A stretch of 64,000 bases of DNA from Alphaproteobacteria bacterium (GTDB lineage Bacteria; Pseudomonadota; Alphaproteobacteria; UBA828). The notes under the pieces were generated by a model. The model did not search any database. It saw only the letters and a list, made by a program, of their open reading frames with translations, and was not told the origin of the DNA. Each line of letters starts with the position of its first letter. Positions within the stretch are counted from its first letter, which is position 1. Positions 23,284-33,714 of the stretch are shown here, piece by piece. Both the position numbers and the translations under genes were made by a program. The stretch spans positions 32,001 through 96,000 of the forward strand of contig CBDCRW010000007.1 of NCBI GenBank assembly GCA_965221125.1. Direction: 5' to 3'.

Positions 23284-23730
23284 TCACTCCGCCTGGGCCA
23301 GCGCCACGCGCTTCGTCAGCGTCACCACGTTGCGCCCGTCCTGCCGCCGGTAAGCCAACGTATCCATCGTCTTGTGCACGAGATAGATGCCGAGACCGCC
23401 CTTGGCGCGCTCGTCGAGCGAGGCTCCTAGGTCCGGCGCTGGCGCCTGCGAAGAGTCGAACACCGTGCCGTCGTCTGCGATCTCGACCGCCAGCGCTCCG
23501 CCCTCAAGGTGGAGGACGAGCTTGATCCGATGCTCCCCATCGTCGTCGTAGCCGTAGCTGATCGTATTGGTCAGAAGCTTGTCGACCGCCAGATTGACCT
23601 CAAAGGCAATCTCTGTCGCCAGCCCATGCCTCGCGCAGAACGCGTCGATGTTCTCGGCGGCGATGGCGATATTCCGCAGATCGCTGACCAGCGAGAGCTC
23701 GAGAACGTCGTCGGTACCGGCCGCAGTCAT
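23284..23730 (-). CDS. Anti-sigma factor / ATP-binding protein (RsbW-like HATPase)
   Basis: LAVDKLLTNTISYGY, EIADDG, KGGLGIYLVHKTMD. Confidence 0.85.
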   Translation of the reverse strand: MTAAGTDDVLELSLVSDLRNIAIAAENIDAFCARHGLATEIAFEVNLAVDKLLTNTISYGYDDDGEHRIKLVLHLEGGALAVEIADDGTVFDSSQAPAPDLGASLDERAKGGLGIYLVHKTMDTLAYRRQDGRNVVTLTKRVALAQAE

Positions 23731-23793
23731 TTGCCGAACGCCCCACGCCCGCCCCGTGCAGCACGCGTCCGCCGCTTGCGTCTCCGGCGGCCG

Positions 23794-24069
23794 CTACGGC
23801 TTGGCGGGCTCGATAATGATGCGGCCGCGGCCACGTCTGAGAAGATAGCCGCCGCGCGGGATAGCCAGCGTGCCCTGCTGCACAAGCGGCCAGAGCGTGT
23901 CGACGATCAGGGTTGCACTCTCGTCCGGCGCCGACCCCGCAGCCGCCGGCTGCGCGGAAAGCCACTCCGCGAAGGCGCGTTCTGCGATATCGTCGCCGAT
24001 AGACTTGCGCAACGCATCGAGTTTTCTGCGTTGCCCCTTCGTTAGAACGGATTCGTCGATTGCGGACAT
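23794..24069 (-). CDS. Small hypothetical protein
   Basis: AAGGAG RBS upstream of MSAIDESVLTKGQRRKLDALRKS. Confidence 0.6.
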   Translation of the reverse strand: MSAIDESVLTKGQRRKLDALRKSIGDDIAERAFAEWLSAQPAAAGSAPDESATLIVDTLWPLVQQGTLAIPRGGYLLRRGRGRIIIEPAKP

Positions 24070-24191
24070 CCGAAATTGCTCCTTCGAAGGCTGAAATGCC
24101 GACGGCGCTATATAGCAGTTACAGGGAACAGTGCGAACCCGAGCGATCTGCCGGACCGGTCGGGTCGACATGCCCCGCCTGCGTAACGCGT

Positions 24192-24509
24192 CTACACCGC
24201 GTCAGGCACCTCAGCTCGAGGGTCGAGATCGGCTCGCGTCGGCAGAAGACGGATCGTATCGCCCCTCTCGTTGTCGGCGTAGACGAGATCGTAATGTGCC
24301 TGAAGATTGAGCCAGAACTCCGGCTCGACACTGAACCAGTGTCCGAAGCGAAGCGCCGTGTCGCCGGTGATCGAGCGCCTGCCGTTGATAATCTGGCTGA
24401 CCCGGTTGGCCGGCACATCGATCTGGCGCGCGAACTCCGTCGGTGTGATGCCGACTTCCGCAAGCTCTTCCTTCAATATCCGGCCGGGATGGACGCTGCG
24501 TCTCAGCAC
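24192..24509 (-). CDS. higA: HigA antitoxin (Xre HTH)
   Basis: HPGRILKEEL...VPANRVSQIINGRRSITGDTALRFGHWF...EFWLNLQAHYDL; GTG start approximate. Confidence 0.9.
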   Translation of the reverse strand: MLRRSVHPGRILKEELAEVGITPTEFARQIDVPANRVSQIINGRRSITGDTALRFGHWFSVEPEFWLNLQAHYDLVYADNERGDTIRLLPTRADLDPRAEVPDAV

Positions 24510-24522
24510 GGGCACTCCCCTC

Positions 24523-24810
24523 TCACGAGTGATAGTCCACCATCTCGACATTGCTCGGACCCGACTGACCCTCCGGCCACTCGAAACAGACGCGCCACTG
24601 TCGGTTGACGCGAATGGAATACTGTCCCTTCCGGTCTCCCCCCAGGGCCTCCAACCGATTGCTCGGCAAGTTTCTCAGTGTGCCAAGCGACGGTGCGGCG
24701 TTCAGGATCGCGAGACGTCTGACCGCTTGTTGCTCAAAGCCCCGGAACTCCCGCACCGCTCGGCCGCTGGCGAATCTCTCCGTCTTCTTGTCCCTGTAGC
24801 CGAGGATCAT
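24523..24810 (-). CDS. higB: HigB toxin (RelE/ParE fold)
   Basis: NRLEALGGDRKGQYSIRVNRQWRVCFEW...VDYH; toxin-first order. Confidence 0.9.
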   Translation of the reverse strand: MILGYRDKKTERFASGRAVREFRGFEQQAVRRLAILNAAPSLGTLRNLPSNRLEALGGDRKGQYSIRVNRQWRVCFEWPEGQSGPSNVEMVDYHS

Positions 24811-25905
24811 CAACAGACAACATAGCCCGATGACGATGTACGTCAAGCGTAGTTGGCGGCAATGACGCTCCGGACTGGAGACGCCGAGAGGCTTCAAAGG
24901 GGCCGGCCGTATCTGGCTGCAGCGGCCGCGCGGACCTGCGGGTGTTGAACGCCACGGTTATGGCGCTCATGCTGTCGCCGCCGAAGTCTGAAACCATGCA
25001 GGCGGCCGTGGCCGTGTCGGCGACCACGACGGGTTCTGCCTCAGCCGGTCAGGCGAGTACCGGACGCACTCGGCGGAGACCGTCACCGGCCTGCGCCGCC
25101 CCGCCGACGGGATCGAAAATCGCCTCCCGGCGGGCCTATTTGATTCCGGTTTCGGGGGCGACGGCGACGGGCTCGCGCAGCGTTTCGGCCCGAGTCGCTA
25201 CGGGTCGCTACGCAGGGCTACGCTGGAGTTGGAATTCACTCGCTTCCGGAGTGATTACGGCGGGCGGTTTCAGGGTCAGTCGGAAAGGGCTGATTCGAGA
25301 GCTAAGCGGCTGTATCGATTTAGAGAACCGAGGGTGTAGCTTCTGTCCTACGTCCAGGCTCTCCTTTGCATCTAGGAGGCCTCGGCCGAGGCCTCGCTGG
25401 GTTCAACAAGTCGGCCGTCAACGTACCTGACGACTCGGCAACTGTCCATAGCCCTTAAACTTCACCACACCGGCGCCCGCTTGTCTACATCGCAAAAGCG
25501 GCCATGAGCCATGAAGCGATCCCAAGCCGTCATGGGGACTCCGCCCCTTGTCGCTGCTGCCTCCCTGCACATCCGCAGACCTCCTTGCGTCACGCGCGAT
25601 GTGCTGAGCCGAATTCTCGCCACAATTCCGCGCCCTTTGCAAGCCCGAAATTCGGCCGAATTTCAACTTGCCGAACAAAGCCTTACAGCCATGCCCCCCG
25701 CGCCCCTCGCCGCTCCCGGCCCCTCGCAGGAACGCGGCCTGCAGCAACCGACCGGGCCGGCCTTCGCACGGAACGCGAGGCTTCCGGTCAAACTGCCGAC
25801 GCCAGACGCCGTATCAGGGCTGCCAGCATGACGGCATCGGCATCCTCGGCGGAGTCGCGACGGTGCGCGTGGTGGAGCCAGCGACGAGCCCGCCGCAGCC
25901 CTCGA

Positions 25906-27995
25906 CAGGAACATTTTTTAGTCATGGCTGAGAGGGCGGGATGACCGAGAGCGGGCAGGCTTGGGCCGATGAAGGTCCTGGCCGAGCTTGGCTGGGCGGC
26001 TGCATGGGGTCCGCGGGGGCCGGTAGGGCTCGGTTTTCGGGCTCGCCGGGCAAAGCGATCCCGCCGCGCCGTTCGACGGCGCGTCCCGTCGCGCTCTGCG
26101 ACGCGGTTACGCCCGCAGGATCATGCAGCGGGCGCGATCAGGATCGCGTCGAGAGCCTCCTGGGCGCGGGCGGCATAATGCCGGTTGGCCTCGGGCAGGA
26201 AGCGGAAGCGCCCGTCGCAGCGCACGATGGCGATGGCCGCGTTGGTCAGGCAGGAGAGATTGCGCGGCAGGTGGCGCACGTACGCCCGGCAGCGGTCTTC
26301 GTCATAGGTGAAGTCGCGCACGTAGTGCAGCCGGTTCTCGATGTGCCAGTGATTGCGGACCAGAGCCAGAAGCTCCTCGGGCCCGGCGCGGTCTGCGCCG
26401 AGCGAGGTCAGGCTCCAGGTCACCTCGACGCTGCGCTCGCCGGTCTTGAGGATCTCGCGCTCGCGTTCGATGCGCATCGCCTGGCGGCGTCCGTGAAGGT
26501 TGGCGTAGCCGTCCCATTCGGCAGCGGAGAGGTCGACGACGGCGCAGCGGCGGCGCTCGATGCGGCCATGGCCCTTGTCGACGGTTTCGTGCCAGGGCGC
26601 GTCGGAGAAGTCGATCGCCTTGAGGTCTTCGAGGATGGTCTCCTGATTGTCCTTCACCGCGGTGACCACGTAGTCGGCGCGACGCCCGAGCAGGCAGCGC
26701 GCGGTCTCGTGCTGGGCGTGCATCGCATCGAGGGTGACGGTCCGGCCTGCGAGGTCGAGACTGCTGGAGAGTTCGCGCACGGCGGGGATCTCGTTGCTCT
26801 TTCTATCGACCTCGACCTGTCCCAGGACCATGCCGGTCTTGTGCACCAGCGCCGCGACCATCATGCGCCGCCCGTCTTCGGTCTGCTTCGAGGCGCCGCG
26901 CAGGTCCTTTCCGTCCATGGCGACCGGGGCGTGCGCGCCGTCGTGCTGGCCGGTCCACCGGCCGATGGCGTTGTCCAGCGTCTCCGGCGGCAGGGCGGCG
27001 AGGATGTTGTGGAAGGTGGTGATCGCGGGCGCGGTGTAGCGCTTCTTCGAAGGGCTCCAGAACGCGCCGACCGCCTCGAGCTGCTCCTGCGAGAGCAGGG
27101 CGGCGAACTGGGCGAAGGCTGTCGAGCCCCGGTAGCCGGCAAGGCGGGCGGCGACGGCAACCGCCAGCACGGTCTTCAAGGGATAGCGCTTGCCCCGGGC
27201 ATGGCGGCACTCGGGCACCTCGCCCAGGCACTCGAACAGGCTGCGCAGCCGGGGCGCCGTCATCGGCTCGCTGTGTTGCTCGGCGTTCCAGTTCGCCGGG
27301 ATCTCGGCCCGGCTCAGCGCTTCGGCGGCGCCATCGCTAAGTTCGAACACGAAGACCTCCTTGGGCTGGCCGTGGTGGCGCCAGCGCGGAGCAGCTCCGG
27401 GGTCACGGGCAAAGCCGCGCGTCATCCCCAGCGAGCGCCAGTTCGACGCGCGGTAGCAGGTGCCGGCGAAGCGCGCGGGATCGACGAAGGTCTCGGCCAG
27501 GAGCGCCGGGTATCCATGCACCGCCTGGGTGTCCGCAGACAGCCGCCGCAGGCTCAGCCCCAGAACCCGCGAGGCCAGGTTGGGAACCCGCTCAGGCGTC
27601 AGGATCACGAAGCGCGAGTTGTTCGCGATCAGATGCAGGCGCCGGAACTGCTGCTCCGCCGACCAGCCGATCCAGCGGTCGCGCGCGGCCAGCTTGAACG
27701 CGCCCGGCTGCCAGCCGATCAGGGCGAGCCAGGTCTCGCCATGCACCGCGACATGGCGCAGCCCCTTGCCGACGACGCCGTGGAATCGCAGGTAGTGGTG
27801 CTCCTCCACCAGCCGGTCCCAGCGCCGGTGCTCCCGCGCGCCCCAGGTCGGGCGCACCGTGACCGCACGCAGATCAATGGACGAATCCAGGCCCGGCAAC
27901 GTCGCCATGGCCGCTACACTGCCACAGCGAAAACGAAATGACCAGCGCCGCGATCACCTCACGCCGCTCGCCGGGCGGACAAAAAACGAGCCCTG
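25906..27995 (-). mobile_element. ISAs1-family insertion sequence
   Basis: 10-bp direct repeat CAGCCCTCGA at 25896-25905 and 27996-28005; imperfect IRs CAGGAACATTTTTTAGTC / CAGGGCTCGTTTTTTGTC. Confidence 0.8.
26121..27908 (-). CDS. ISAs1 transposase with N-terminal DUF4338 (DruA-like) domain
   Basis: N-term HHYL...RDRWIGW...NNSRFVIL...NLASRVL...ETFVDPARFAGTCYRASNW; C-term AMDGKDLRG, KSNEIPA, TLDAMHAQ, VRNHWHIENRLHYVRD. Confidence 0.9.
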   Translation of the reverse strand: MATLPGLDSSIDLRAVTVRPTWGAREHRRWDRLVEEHHYLRFHGVVGKGLRHVAVHGETWLALIGWQPGAFKLAARDRWIGWSAEQQFRRLHLIANNSRFVILTPERVPNLASRVLGLSLRRLSADTQAVHGYPALLAETFVDPARFAGTCYRASNWRSLGMTRGFARDPGAAPRWRHHGQPKEVFVFELSDGAAEALSRAEIPANWNAEQHSEPMTAPRLRSLFECLGEVPECRHARGKRYPLKTVLAVAVAARLAGYRGSTAFAQFAALLSQEQLEAVGAFWSPSKKRYTAPAITTFHNILAALPPETLDNAIGRWTGQHDGAHAPVAMDGKDLRGASKQTEDGRRMMVAALVHKTGMVLGQVEVDRKSNEIPAVRELSSSLDLAGRTVTLDAMHAQHETARCLLGRRADYVVTAVKDNQETILEDLKAIDFSDAPWHETVDKGHGRIERRRCAVVDLSAAEWDGYANLHGRRQAMRIEREREILKTGERSVEVTWSLTSLGADRAGPEELLALVRNHWHIENRLHYVRDFTYDEDRCRAYVRHLPRNLSCLTNAAIAIVRCDGRFRFLPEANRHYAARAQEALDAILIAPAA

Positions 27996-28313
27996 CAGCC
28001 CTCGATGTGAAGGTCGACACTCAGTTAAATATGGAACAGGAGCGGGAGACATGAGAGCTGCCCGACCGGGGGGAATTCGGCGGTTTGAGGGGCTTTTTCG
28101 GCCTCCGGCGGACTCCTTGATGACGGTAGATTCCGGTGATTCCAGGGCTGCGACGGCGAAAACCGCCAACAGAGCGCACCACGATACGGAACGGATTTTG
28201 ACCGCGGACGCCTCCGAGTGTGATCGGCACATGGCCTTGCCGGGAGGCAGCGCGCCGCGCGCTCGTGGTATCCCGCCAGCCCCTCCGCTACTATCCTGGC
28301 CGACGGTTGCAGC

Positions 28314-29378
28314 ATGAGCACGCGGCTGCCCGAAGAGGATGCGGCCATGCGGCATGACGAAGCCTTCAAAGCCATTTTCTCCCACAAGATTTCGGTCGAG
28401 CATCTGCTCCGCTTCCTCGCCGGCACGATCGACGACGGGCCGGACTGGATCGCGGCCTTCGACCCCGAGACCCTGGAGCCGGTGCCCACCGAGCGCATCG
28501 ACGAGACCCTGCACCGCCACCTCAGCGACCTGGTCTGGCGCATGCGCCGGCGCGACGGCGGCGAAGAGGATTGGGCCTACCTCTTCGTGCTGATCGAGCT
28601 CCAGTCGTCGGTGGATCATCTGATGGCGTTCAGGGTTCGCACCTATGTCGACCTGCTCTATCGCGGGCTCCTGGCGGGCCGCCGCTTCGGCGCCTCGGAC
28701 CGTCTGCCGCCGGTGCTCCCCGTCGTGCTGTACAACGGTAAATCTCCGTGGACGGCGGTGGCGAGCGTGGAGGAGTTGGTTGCGCCGGCGGTCCGCCCCT
28801 CAGGCCCCGTGGCCCCAGTGCCCTTCTACGCCGGCGCGACGTACGTGACGCTTGACGTCGGCCGGGTCGAGGCCGGAGACTCGCCACCGGACGATGTGCT
28901 CTCTCTCGTGATCGGCATCGAGCGGATGTCATCTTATAGTGAGGGATACGCGACGCTGCGTGAGGCGTTCTCTGTCTTGCGCGGCGCCGAGCACCGGGAG
29001 TTGCGCCGGACGTTTCATGCTTGGTTCACCATGCTTGCCGGGCAGGGCGCCGGAGGCGCTGCAATCGAGGAGTTCGAGGAGATGGAACGGATTCCTGCAG
29101 AAGGAGAGATGCGGACGCCGGTCCAGGACCGCGTGCGCGCATGGCAGGAGGCAGAACGCGAGCAGGGACGCGCGGAGGGCATCGAGCAGGGCATCGAGCA
29201 GGAACGCGCCTTGCTGCGACGCCTCATCGAACGCAAGTTCGGTGCGGAGGTCGCCGAGCGCGCTGCGCCCCTGCTGGCCGGGACCGGGGAGCCGGAGCGG
29301 CTGGCCGACGTCGGCGAATGGATCATCGACTGCGCCTCGGGCGACGAGCTGATCGCGCGGCTGGAGCGCGCAGGCTAA
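28314..29378 (+). CDS. Rpn-family recombination-promoting nuclease / putative transposase (PD-(D/E)XK)
   Basis: HDEAFKAIFS, SDLVWR, LIELQSSVDHLMAFRVRTY, LPPVLPVVLYNG, C-terminal EQGRAEGIEQG...RKFG. Confidence 0.88.
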   Translation: MSTRLPEEDAAMRHDEAFKAIFSHKISVEHLLRFLAGTIDDGPDWIAAFDPETLEPVPTERIDETLHRHLSDLVWRMRRRDGGEEDWAYLFVLIELQSSVDHLMAFRVRTYVDLLYRGLLAGRRFGASDRLPPVLPVVLYNGKSPWTAVASVEELVAPAVRPSGPVAPVPFYAGATYVTLDVGRVEAGDSPPDDVLSLVIGIERMSSYSEGYATLREAFSVLRGAEHRELRRTFHAWFTMLAGQGAGGAAIEEFEEMERIPAEGEMRTPVQDRVRAWQEAEREQGRAEGIEQGIEQERALLRRLIERKFGAEVAERAAPLLAGTGEPERLADVGEWIIDCASGDELIARLERAG

Positions 29379-29549
29379 AGAGTGCTTCCGCCCCCTCGCG
29401 CGAAGTCGAGAGGGGGCGATGCCGCCTCGCGCTGCGCCGCCCGAAAGCGCTCCTGCTCTCTCTCCCATTCAGGCCATGTGCGCGTGCTCTCGCCGGTCCC
29501 CCGGCAGAAGTGGCACGTTTCCGCGCGATAGCCAGAGGGAACGGACCTG

Positions 29550-30572
29550 ATGAAGTTCCAGCGAGTAATGATCGTCGCCATGGCGGGAGCGGTGCTGACG
29601 CTCAATGGATGTATCGGTGGGCATGAGGATGAAGCCGGACCGCTGCCACCGGTCGAAATCCCCGCGCTCACGCCCGAGCCCCAACCGTTCCAGACCGGGA
29701 CGTCCTTCTCCGATGGCGTACTCAGTATCAGTGTGCCGACCTCTGACGGCCGGATCCGCACCCTCGATACCGTCCGACATTTGGAAGGAACGTGGGGACG
29801 ATTTCTCCCTCGTCCCGTCCAACCCAATCATTCCAACCGTGAATGGATACTGGTGGACAATCACTACGACGGTCGGGTGTTCCTCTACGCCCTCGTCTCA
29901 TGGGACAACGCCGACCCAACCGATTACCTTGCGGCGGGATGGTGGCTGATCTACCCGCCGGATGTCCCCGTTTGGGCGTTCGAGGCCGCCACTCGCGGGG
30001 TCTTTCTCGATGGCCCGGAACTCGATCCGGCCAACCCGCCCGACCTCCCTCTCGCGGGCACGGCTACCTATGTCGGTGGGATGGGCGGTCTATACACGTA
30101 CAACTATGGACGGGCGTGGAGCGACTTGGCCGGGTCCACGGAGGTCACGGAGTTTGCGGGGCCAGTCTCGTTGACCGCCGACTTCGATGGGAACCGCCTC
30201 ACCGGGTGCCTTGGATGTCCTGGGCCGATCGAAACCGCACCCGGTCGCCATCTCGCTCCAGCCGTGCCGTGGGGGGCGGACGATCCGGCGGCGTTGCCGG
30301 CCGAGTACGATGTGCGCTTTGAAGCCTCGATTGGCGCAGGCGGGGCCTTCGAGGATACCACCGTCACCGTGGCGCATCCCGACCGCACCATCGTGAGCAG
30401 CGCTGGGACGTGGCGAGGACAGTTCTCAAACGTGCCGGATGTGGATGGCAATCCCCGCCGTGTAGTCGGCTCGAGCGATGTGCTGTTCGCCGAAGACGAC
30501 GGCTCGCATGGGCGCTTTACGGGCATCTTCGACGCGCTGACACCCGCGACGGTCACGCCACCTGAGCGTTAG
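29550..30572 (+). CDS. Lipoprotein type A, TbpB-like beta-barrel C-terminal domain
   Basis: Lipobox LNGC; DYLAAGWWL, LPLAGTATYVGGMGGLY, SLTADF, GTWRGQFS. Confidence 0.8.
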   Translation: MKFQRVMIVAMAGAVLTLNGCIGGHEDEAGPLPPVEIPALTPEPQPFQTGTSFSDGVLSISVPTSDGRIRTLDTVRHLEGTWGRFLPRPVQPNHSNREWILVDNHYDGRVFLYALVSWDNADPTDYLAAGWWLIYPPDVPVWAFEAATRGVFLDGPELDPANPPDLPLAGTATYVGGMGGLYTYNYGRAWSDLAGSTEVTEFAGPVSLTADFDGNRLTGCLGCPGPIETAPGRHLAPAVPWGADDPAALPAEYDVRFEASIGAGGAFEDTTVTVAHPDRTIVSSAGTWRGQFSNVPDVDGNPRRVVGSSDVLFAEDDGSHGRFTGIFDALTPATVTPPER

Positions 30573-30659
30573 ATCTGGCCAACGCCCTGCCGCCATCAGG
30601 CCGGCGAGCAGGACGATCCAGCCGGTGCCGGCGCAGAGGCGGCACCGCATCACCAAGCG

Positions 30660-30767
30660 CCGTCCCGGCCCAGCAGACTGCTCAGGCAGTGCGCTCTTCA
30701 GGGAGTTGCATCCCGGAGCGGTCGACGGGAAGGATGGCCAGTCGGGATGCTGCCAGACCCACGTCAT
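30660..30767 (-). pseudogene. Remnant of Fic-family (DUF4172) N-terminus
   Basis: MTWVWQHPDWPSF motif then loss of frame. Confidence 0.4.
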
Positions 30768-30816
30768 GGGCGATAGAAGCGCCGCCTGTCGCTCGTTCCA
30801 GGCGCGCTCCCCGGCA

Positions 30817-32013
30817 TCACGCAGGCCCGCTCCGGTCACTCCCGCCCGGCATGATATCGGCGAAGATGCTGGCAGCCACCAGGGCCGCGGATTCCTTCAC
30901 CGAGTCCCGCGCCAGGTGCGCATACCGCGAGGTGGTCTGTATCTTGCGGTGACCCAGAAGCTTGCCGATCATCGTGAGGTCCTCGCCAAGCGCCAGGGCG
31001 CGCGACGCGAAGCTGTGACGCAGGTCATGAAGCCGCACGTCGTCGAGATCGGCGCGCTCCCTCACGCGATACCAGTAGTAGGCAATGTGCTTCTGCCGCT
31101 CGCCGGTCTCACGGCCCGCGATCACCCAGGGGTTGTCCGCAAGGCGCGGCAGCCCGGCCAGAACACGCGCCGCCGCCGGCGACAGCGGCACGATGCGAGG
31201 ACCGGTCTTGGAGTCGCGAAGCTGGATCTCGTTCCGGTGCAGCGCCACGTCGTCCCAGAGAAGCGTCAGCACCTCGCCGGACCGGCATCCGGTCAGCATC
31301 AGGAGCTTGATCGCCGCAGCCGCGTGAACCGGAACCCGGCCCTCGGCCTCGAGATCTTCCAGGGCCTGACCGAGACGGCGGAACTCGTCCTCGGTCAGAA
31401 AGCGCTCCAGCCGTCTCGTCGGGTTGCGCGTCACGAAGCGGCAGGGGTTGCTGCCGGCAGGCAGCAGGCCCCACGCCTCCGCCCGGTTCAGCATCCGCGA
31501 CAGCGCGCCCACCGTGTCGTTCGCAGCCACCGGCGTCTTGCGCAGGCGGTAGTGGAGCTCGGCAACGTGCTTGCGGTCGAGCTCGGCGATCGGCACCTTG
31601 CCCAGCTTCGGCAGGATGTGCCGCTCGATCGATTGCCTGTAGCCCTTGACCGTGTTCGGCTTGCAGCGAACCGCCACGTGCTCGCGGAGGTATCTATCCG
31701 CAAGCTCGGCTACCGTCGGCCCGCCGGCTGCGTCCCGCCCGGCCCCCGGCTCATCGCCCGCCTCGATGCGGGTGAGAACCACGGCGCCCTCCTGGCGCGC
31801 CTCGTCGGCAGAGATCACCCCGTGCCGGCCGATCGAGATCCGCTTCAGGCCCCGCGGGCCCTTGCGCTGCACCATATAGCTCTTGCACCCGTTGGGATAG
31901 ACCCGGACCCCGAAGCCCGGAAGCTCCCGGTCCCAGCACATGAACTCCTTCTCACCGGGCGTCAGTGCGTCGACCACCCGGTTGGACAGCGATCTCTTTT
32001 TCAGTCGCGGCAT
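30817..32013 (-). CDS. Tyrosine integrase with Arm-DNA-binding domain (subtype B)
   Basis: WDRELPGFGVRV, LTGCRSGE, DSKTG, LHDLRHSFAS, LLGHRKIQTTSRY. Confidence 0.93.
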   Translation of the reverse strand: MPRLKKRSLSNRVVDALTPGEKEFMCWDRELPGFGVRVYPNGCKSYMVQRKGPRGLKRISIGRHGVISADEARQEGAVVLTRIEAGDEPGAGRDAAGGPTVAELADRYLREHVAVRCKPNTVKGYRQSIERHILPKLGKVPIAELDRKHVAELHYRLRKTPVAANDTVGALSRMLNRAEAWGLLPAGSNPCRFVTRNPTRRLERFLTEDEFRRLGQALEDLEAEGRVPVHAAAAIKLLMLTGCRSGEVLTLLWDDVALHRNEIQLRDSKTGPRIVPLSPAAARVLAGLPRLADNPWVIAGRETGERQKHIAYYWYRVRERADLDDVRLHDLRHSFASRALALGEDLTMIGKLLGHRKIQTTSRYAHLARDSVKESAALVAASIFADIMPGGSDRSGPA

Positions 32014-32031
32014 GTTCCAGTCCTCCGTCCT

Positions 32032-33258
32032 TTACGCCGCCTCCGCCGACGACATGCAGCCGGCTACGTCCTGGGTGGCACCCTCCGTGCGCAGGATGTC
32101 GTCCTCGATGCTGCCGCCCACGCGGGCCACGGCAACTTTCTCCGCCTCCTGCGACAGGTGCGCGTACCGCGCCGTGCTGCTCACGTCCGTGTGGCCGAGA
32201 AGACGGCCGATCATCGGCAGCTGAAGACCCAGAGCCAGGGCGCGCGAGGCAAAGCTGTGACGCAGGTCATGAATGCGCACGTCCTCGACCTCTGCCTTCT
32301 CCCGCACCCGGTGCCAGTGGCTGGTCAGCGTCGCCAGATGGCGGTTGGGCTTGCCCCCTGTGATCACCCAGGGGCTGCGCCTCACCCGCTTGATCCCCGC
32401 CAGGACCTCCAGCACGGCAGGCGTCAGCGGCACCATCCGCGCACCGGTCTTCGCATCGCGCAGGCGAATCTCGCCGGCCTTGCGGTCGATGTCGCTCCAC
32501 CTGAGCGTCTGTATCTCCCCGAGCCGGCACCCCGTCAGCATCAGAAGCCGCAGCGCCGCCGCAGCCCTCGCCGACACCGGGCCCTCGGCCTCAAGCTCGC
32601 ATAGCGCCTCGCCCACCCTGCGGTACTCGTCCTCGGTGAGGAAGCGCTCGCGGCGACCCTCCTTGTAGCGCAGAACGAACCGGCACGGGTTGCCGCCGGG
32701 GGACGCCAGACCCCACGCCTCCGCCAACGAGAACATCTTCGACAGCACCATCAGCGCCCGGTTCGCAGCGCGCGGCGTCTCCCGCAGGCCATAGTGCAGT
32801 GCTTCGACCTCGGCACGCCCCACCTTGTCCAGGGACATCGCGCCCAGCGCCGGCAGGATGTGGTTCCTGAGCGAGCCCTTGTAGATGCCCTGCGTGTGGG
32901 CGTTGCAGTGCACCGCGACATGGGCCTCGAGGTAGCGCTCGGCCAGTTGGGCGACGGTGAGCACAGGCTCGGACTCCGCCTTCGCCGGGTCCTCGCCCTT
33001 CTTGATGCGGGCGATGGCCGCAGCAGCCTTCTTGCGCGCCTGATCGGGGGTAAGATCGCCGTGGCGTCCGAGCGAGACGCGCCTGATGCCCACCGGCCCG
33101 CGGCACTGCGCGACATAGATCTTGGCGCCTGAGGGGTAGACCCTGACGCCGAAGCCGGGCAGCTCCTTGTCCCAGAAGGTGGCGTCCTTCTTCTCGACGG
33201 CGAGCGCGTCGACGGTGCGCTTCGAGATCGAGAGTTCGCTTCGTTTAGGCATCGTCAA
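32032..33258 (-). CDS. Tyrosine integrase with Arm-DNA-binding domain (subtype A)
   Basis: WDKELPGFGVRV, LTGCRLGE, IHDLRHSFAS, LLGHTDVSSTARY. Confidence 0.93.
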   Translation of the reverse strand: MTMPKRSELSISKRTVDALAVEKKDATFWDKELPGFGVRVYPSGAKIYVAQCRGPVGIRRVSLGRHGDLTPDQARKKAAAAIARIKKGEDPAKAESEPVLTVAQLAERYLEAHVAVHCNAHTQGIYKGSLRNHILPALGAMSLDKVGRAEVEALHYGLRETPRAANRALMVLSKMFSLAEAWGLASPGGNPCRFVLRYKEGRRERFLTEDEYRRVGEALCELEAEGPVSARAAAALRLLMLTGCRLGEIQTLRWSDIDRKAGEIRLRDAKTGARMVPLTPAVLEVLAGIKRVRRSPWVITGGKPNRHLATLTSHWHRVREKAEVEDVRIHDLRHSFASRALALGLQLPMIGRLLGHTDVSSTARYAHLSQEAEKVAVARVGGSIEDDILRTEGATQDVAGCMSSAEAA

Positions 33259-33639
33259 GCTCCGCGTTCATCATACCTTCGTTCGCCGGGTGGCGCAGTC
33301 ACCGGGGGCCTGAGCAGCCGTGCGCCGCCTCGCCAAGAACAGCCCGTCCAGGTCCTGTCCTCACGGCCATCACCCCCCTGTCACCCGAGGACCGAATCCC
33401 GGCCTCCGGCGGCAAATTCGGGGTGGGCGAAATCGGCCGAATTTACCGTCATCACTTCGGTAATCCCCGACATCAAACCCCAGCGTATTGGATCGTACAT
33501 CTGACATATCGTAGAGGCATGTGCGCGGATCGTCAACCCACTGTGACAACAACAGTTATCGTACTCCTACGTAGCTCTGCGTAGGTCTGCGTAGGTCTGA
33601 CGGCGAAAGTGGGGAAAACGCTACACCGTACTTTTACAA

Positions 33640-33714
33640 GAGGAGAGCCTCGAAGCCATGAAGAAGACGAAGCTGACTCGCAGCTTGCTGGCGGCGTTCT
33701 CGATCGTCGCCCTC
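33640..33714 (+). repeat. 75-bp leader (RBS plus signal peptide) inverted-repeated at 38647-38721
   Basis: 72/75 identical by manual alignment. Confidence 0.9.

Noticed and set aside
26024-26054. TAGGGCTCGGTTTT as alternative ISAs1 end
   Set aside because: Resembles the IR but has no flanking duplication; the 25906 end has the 10-bp duplication. May be an internal secondary site
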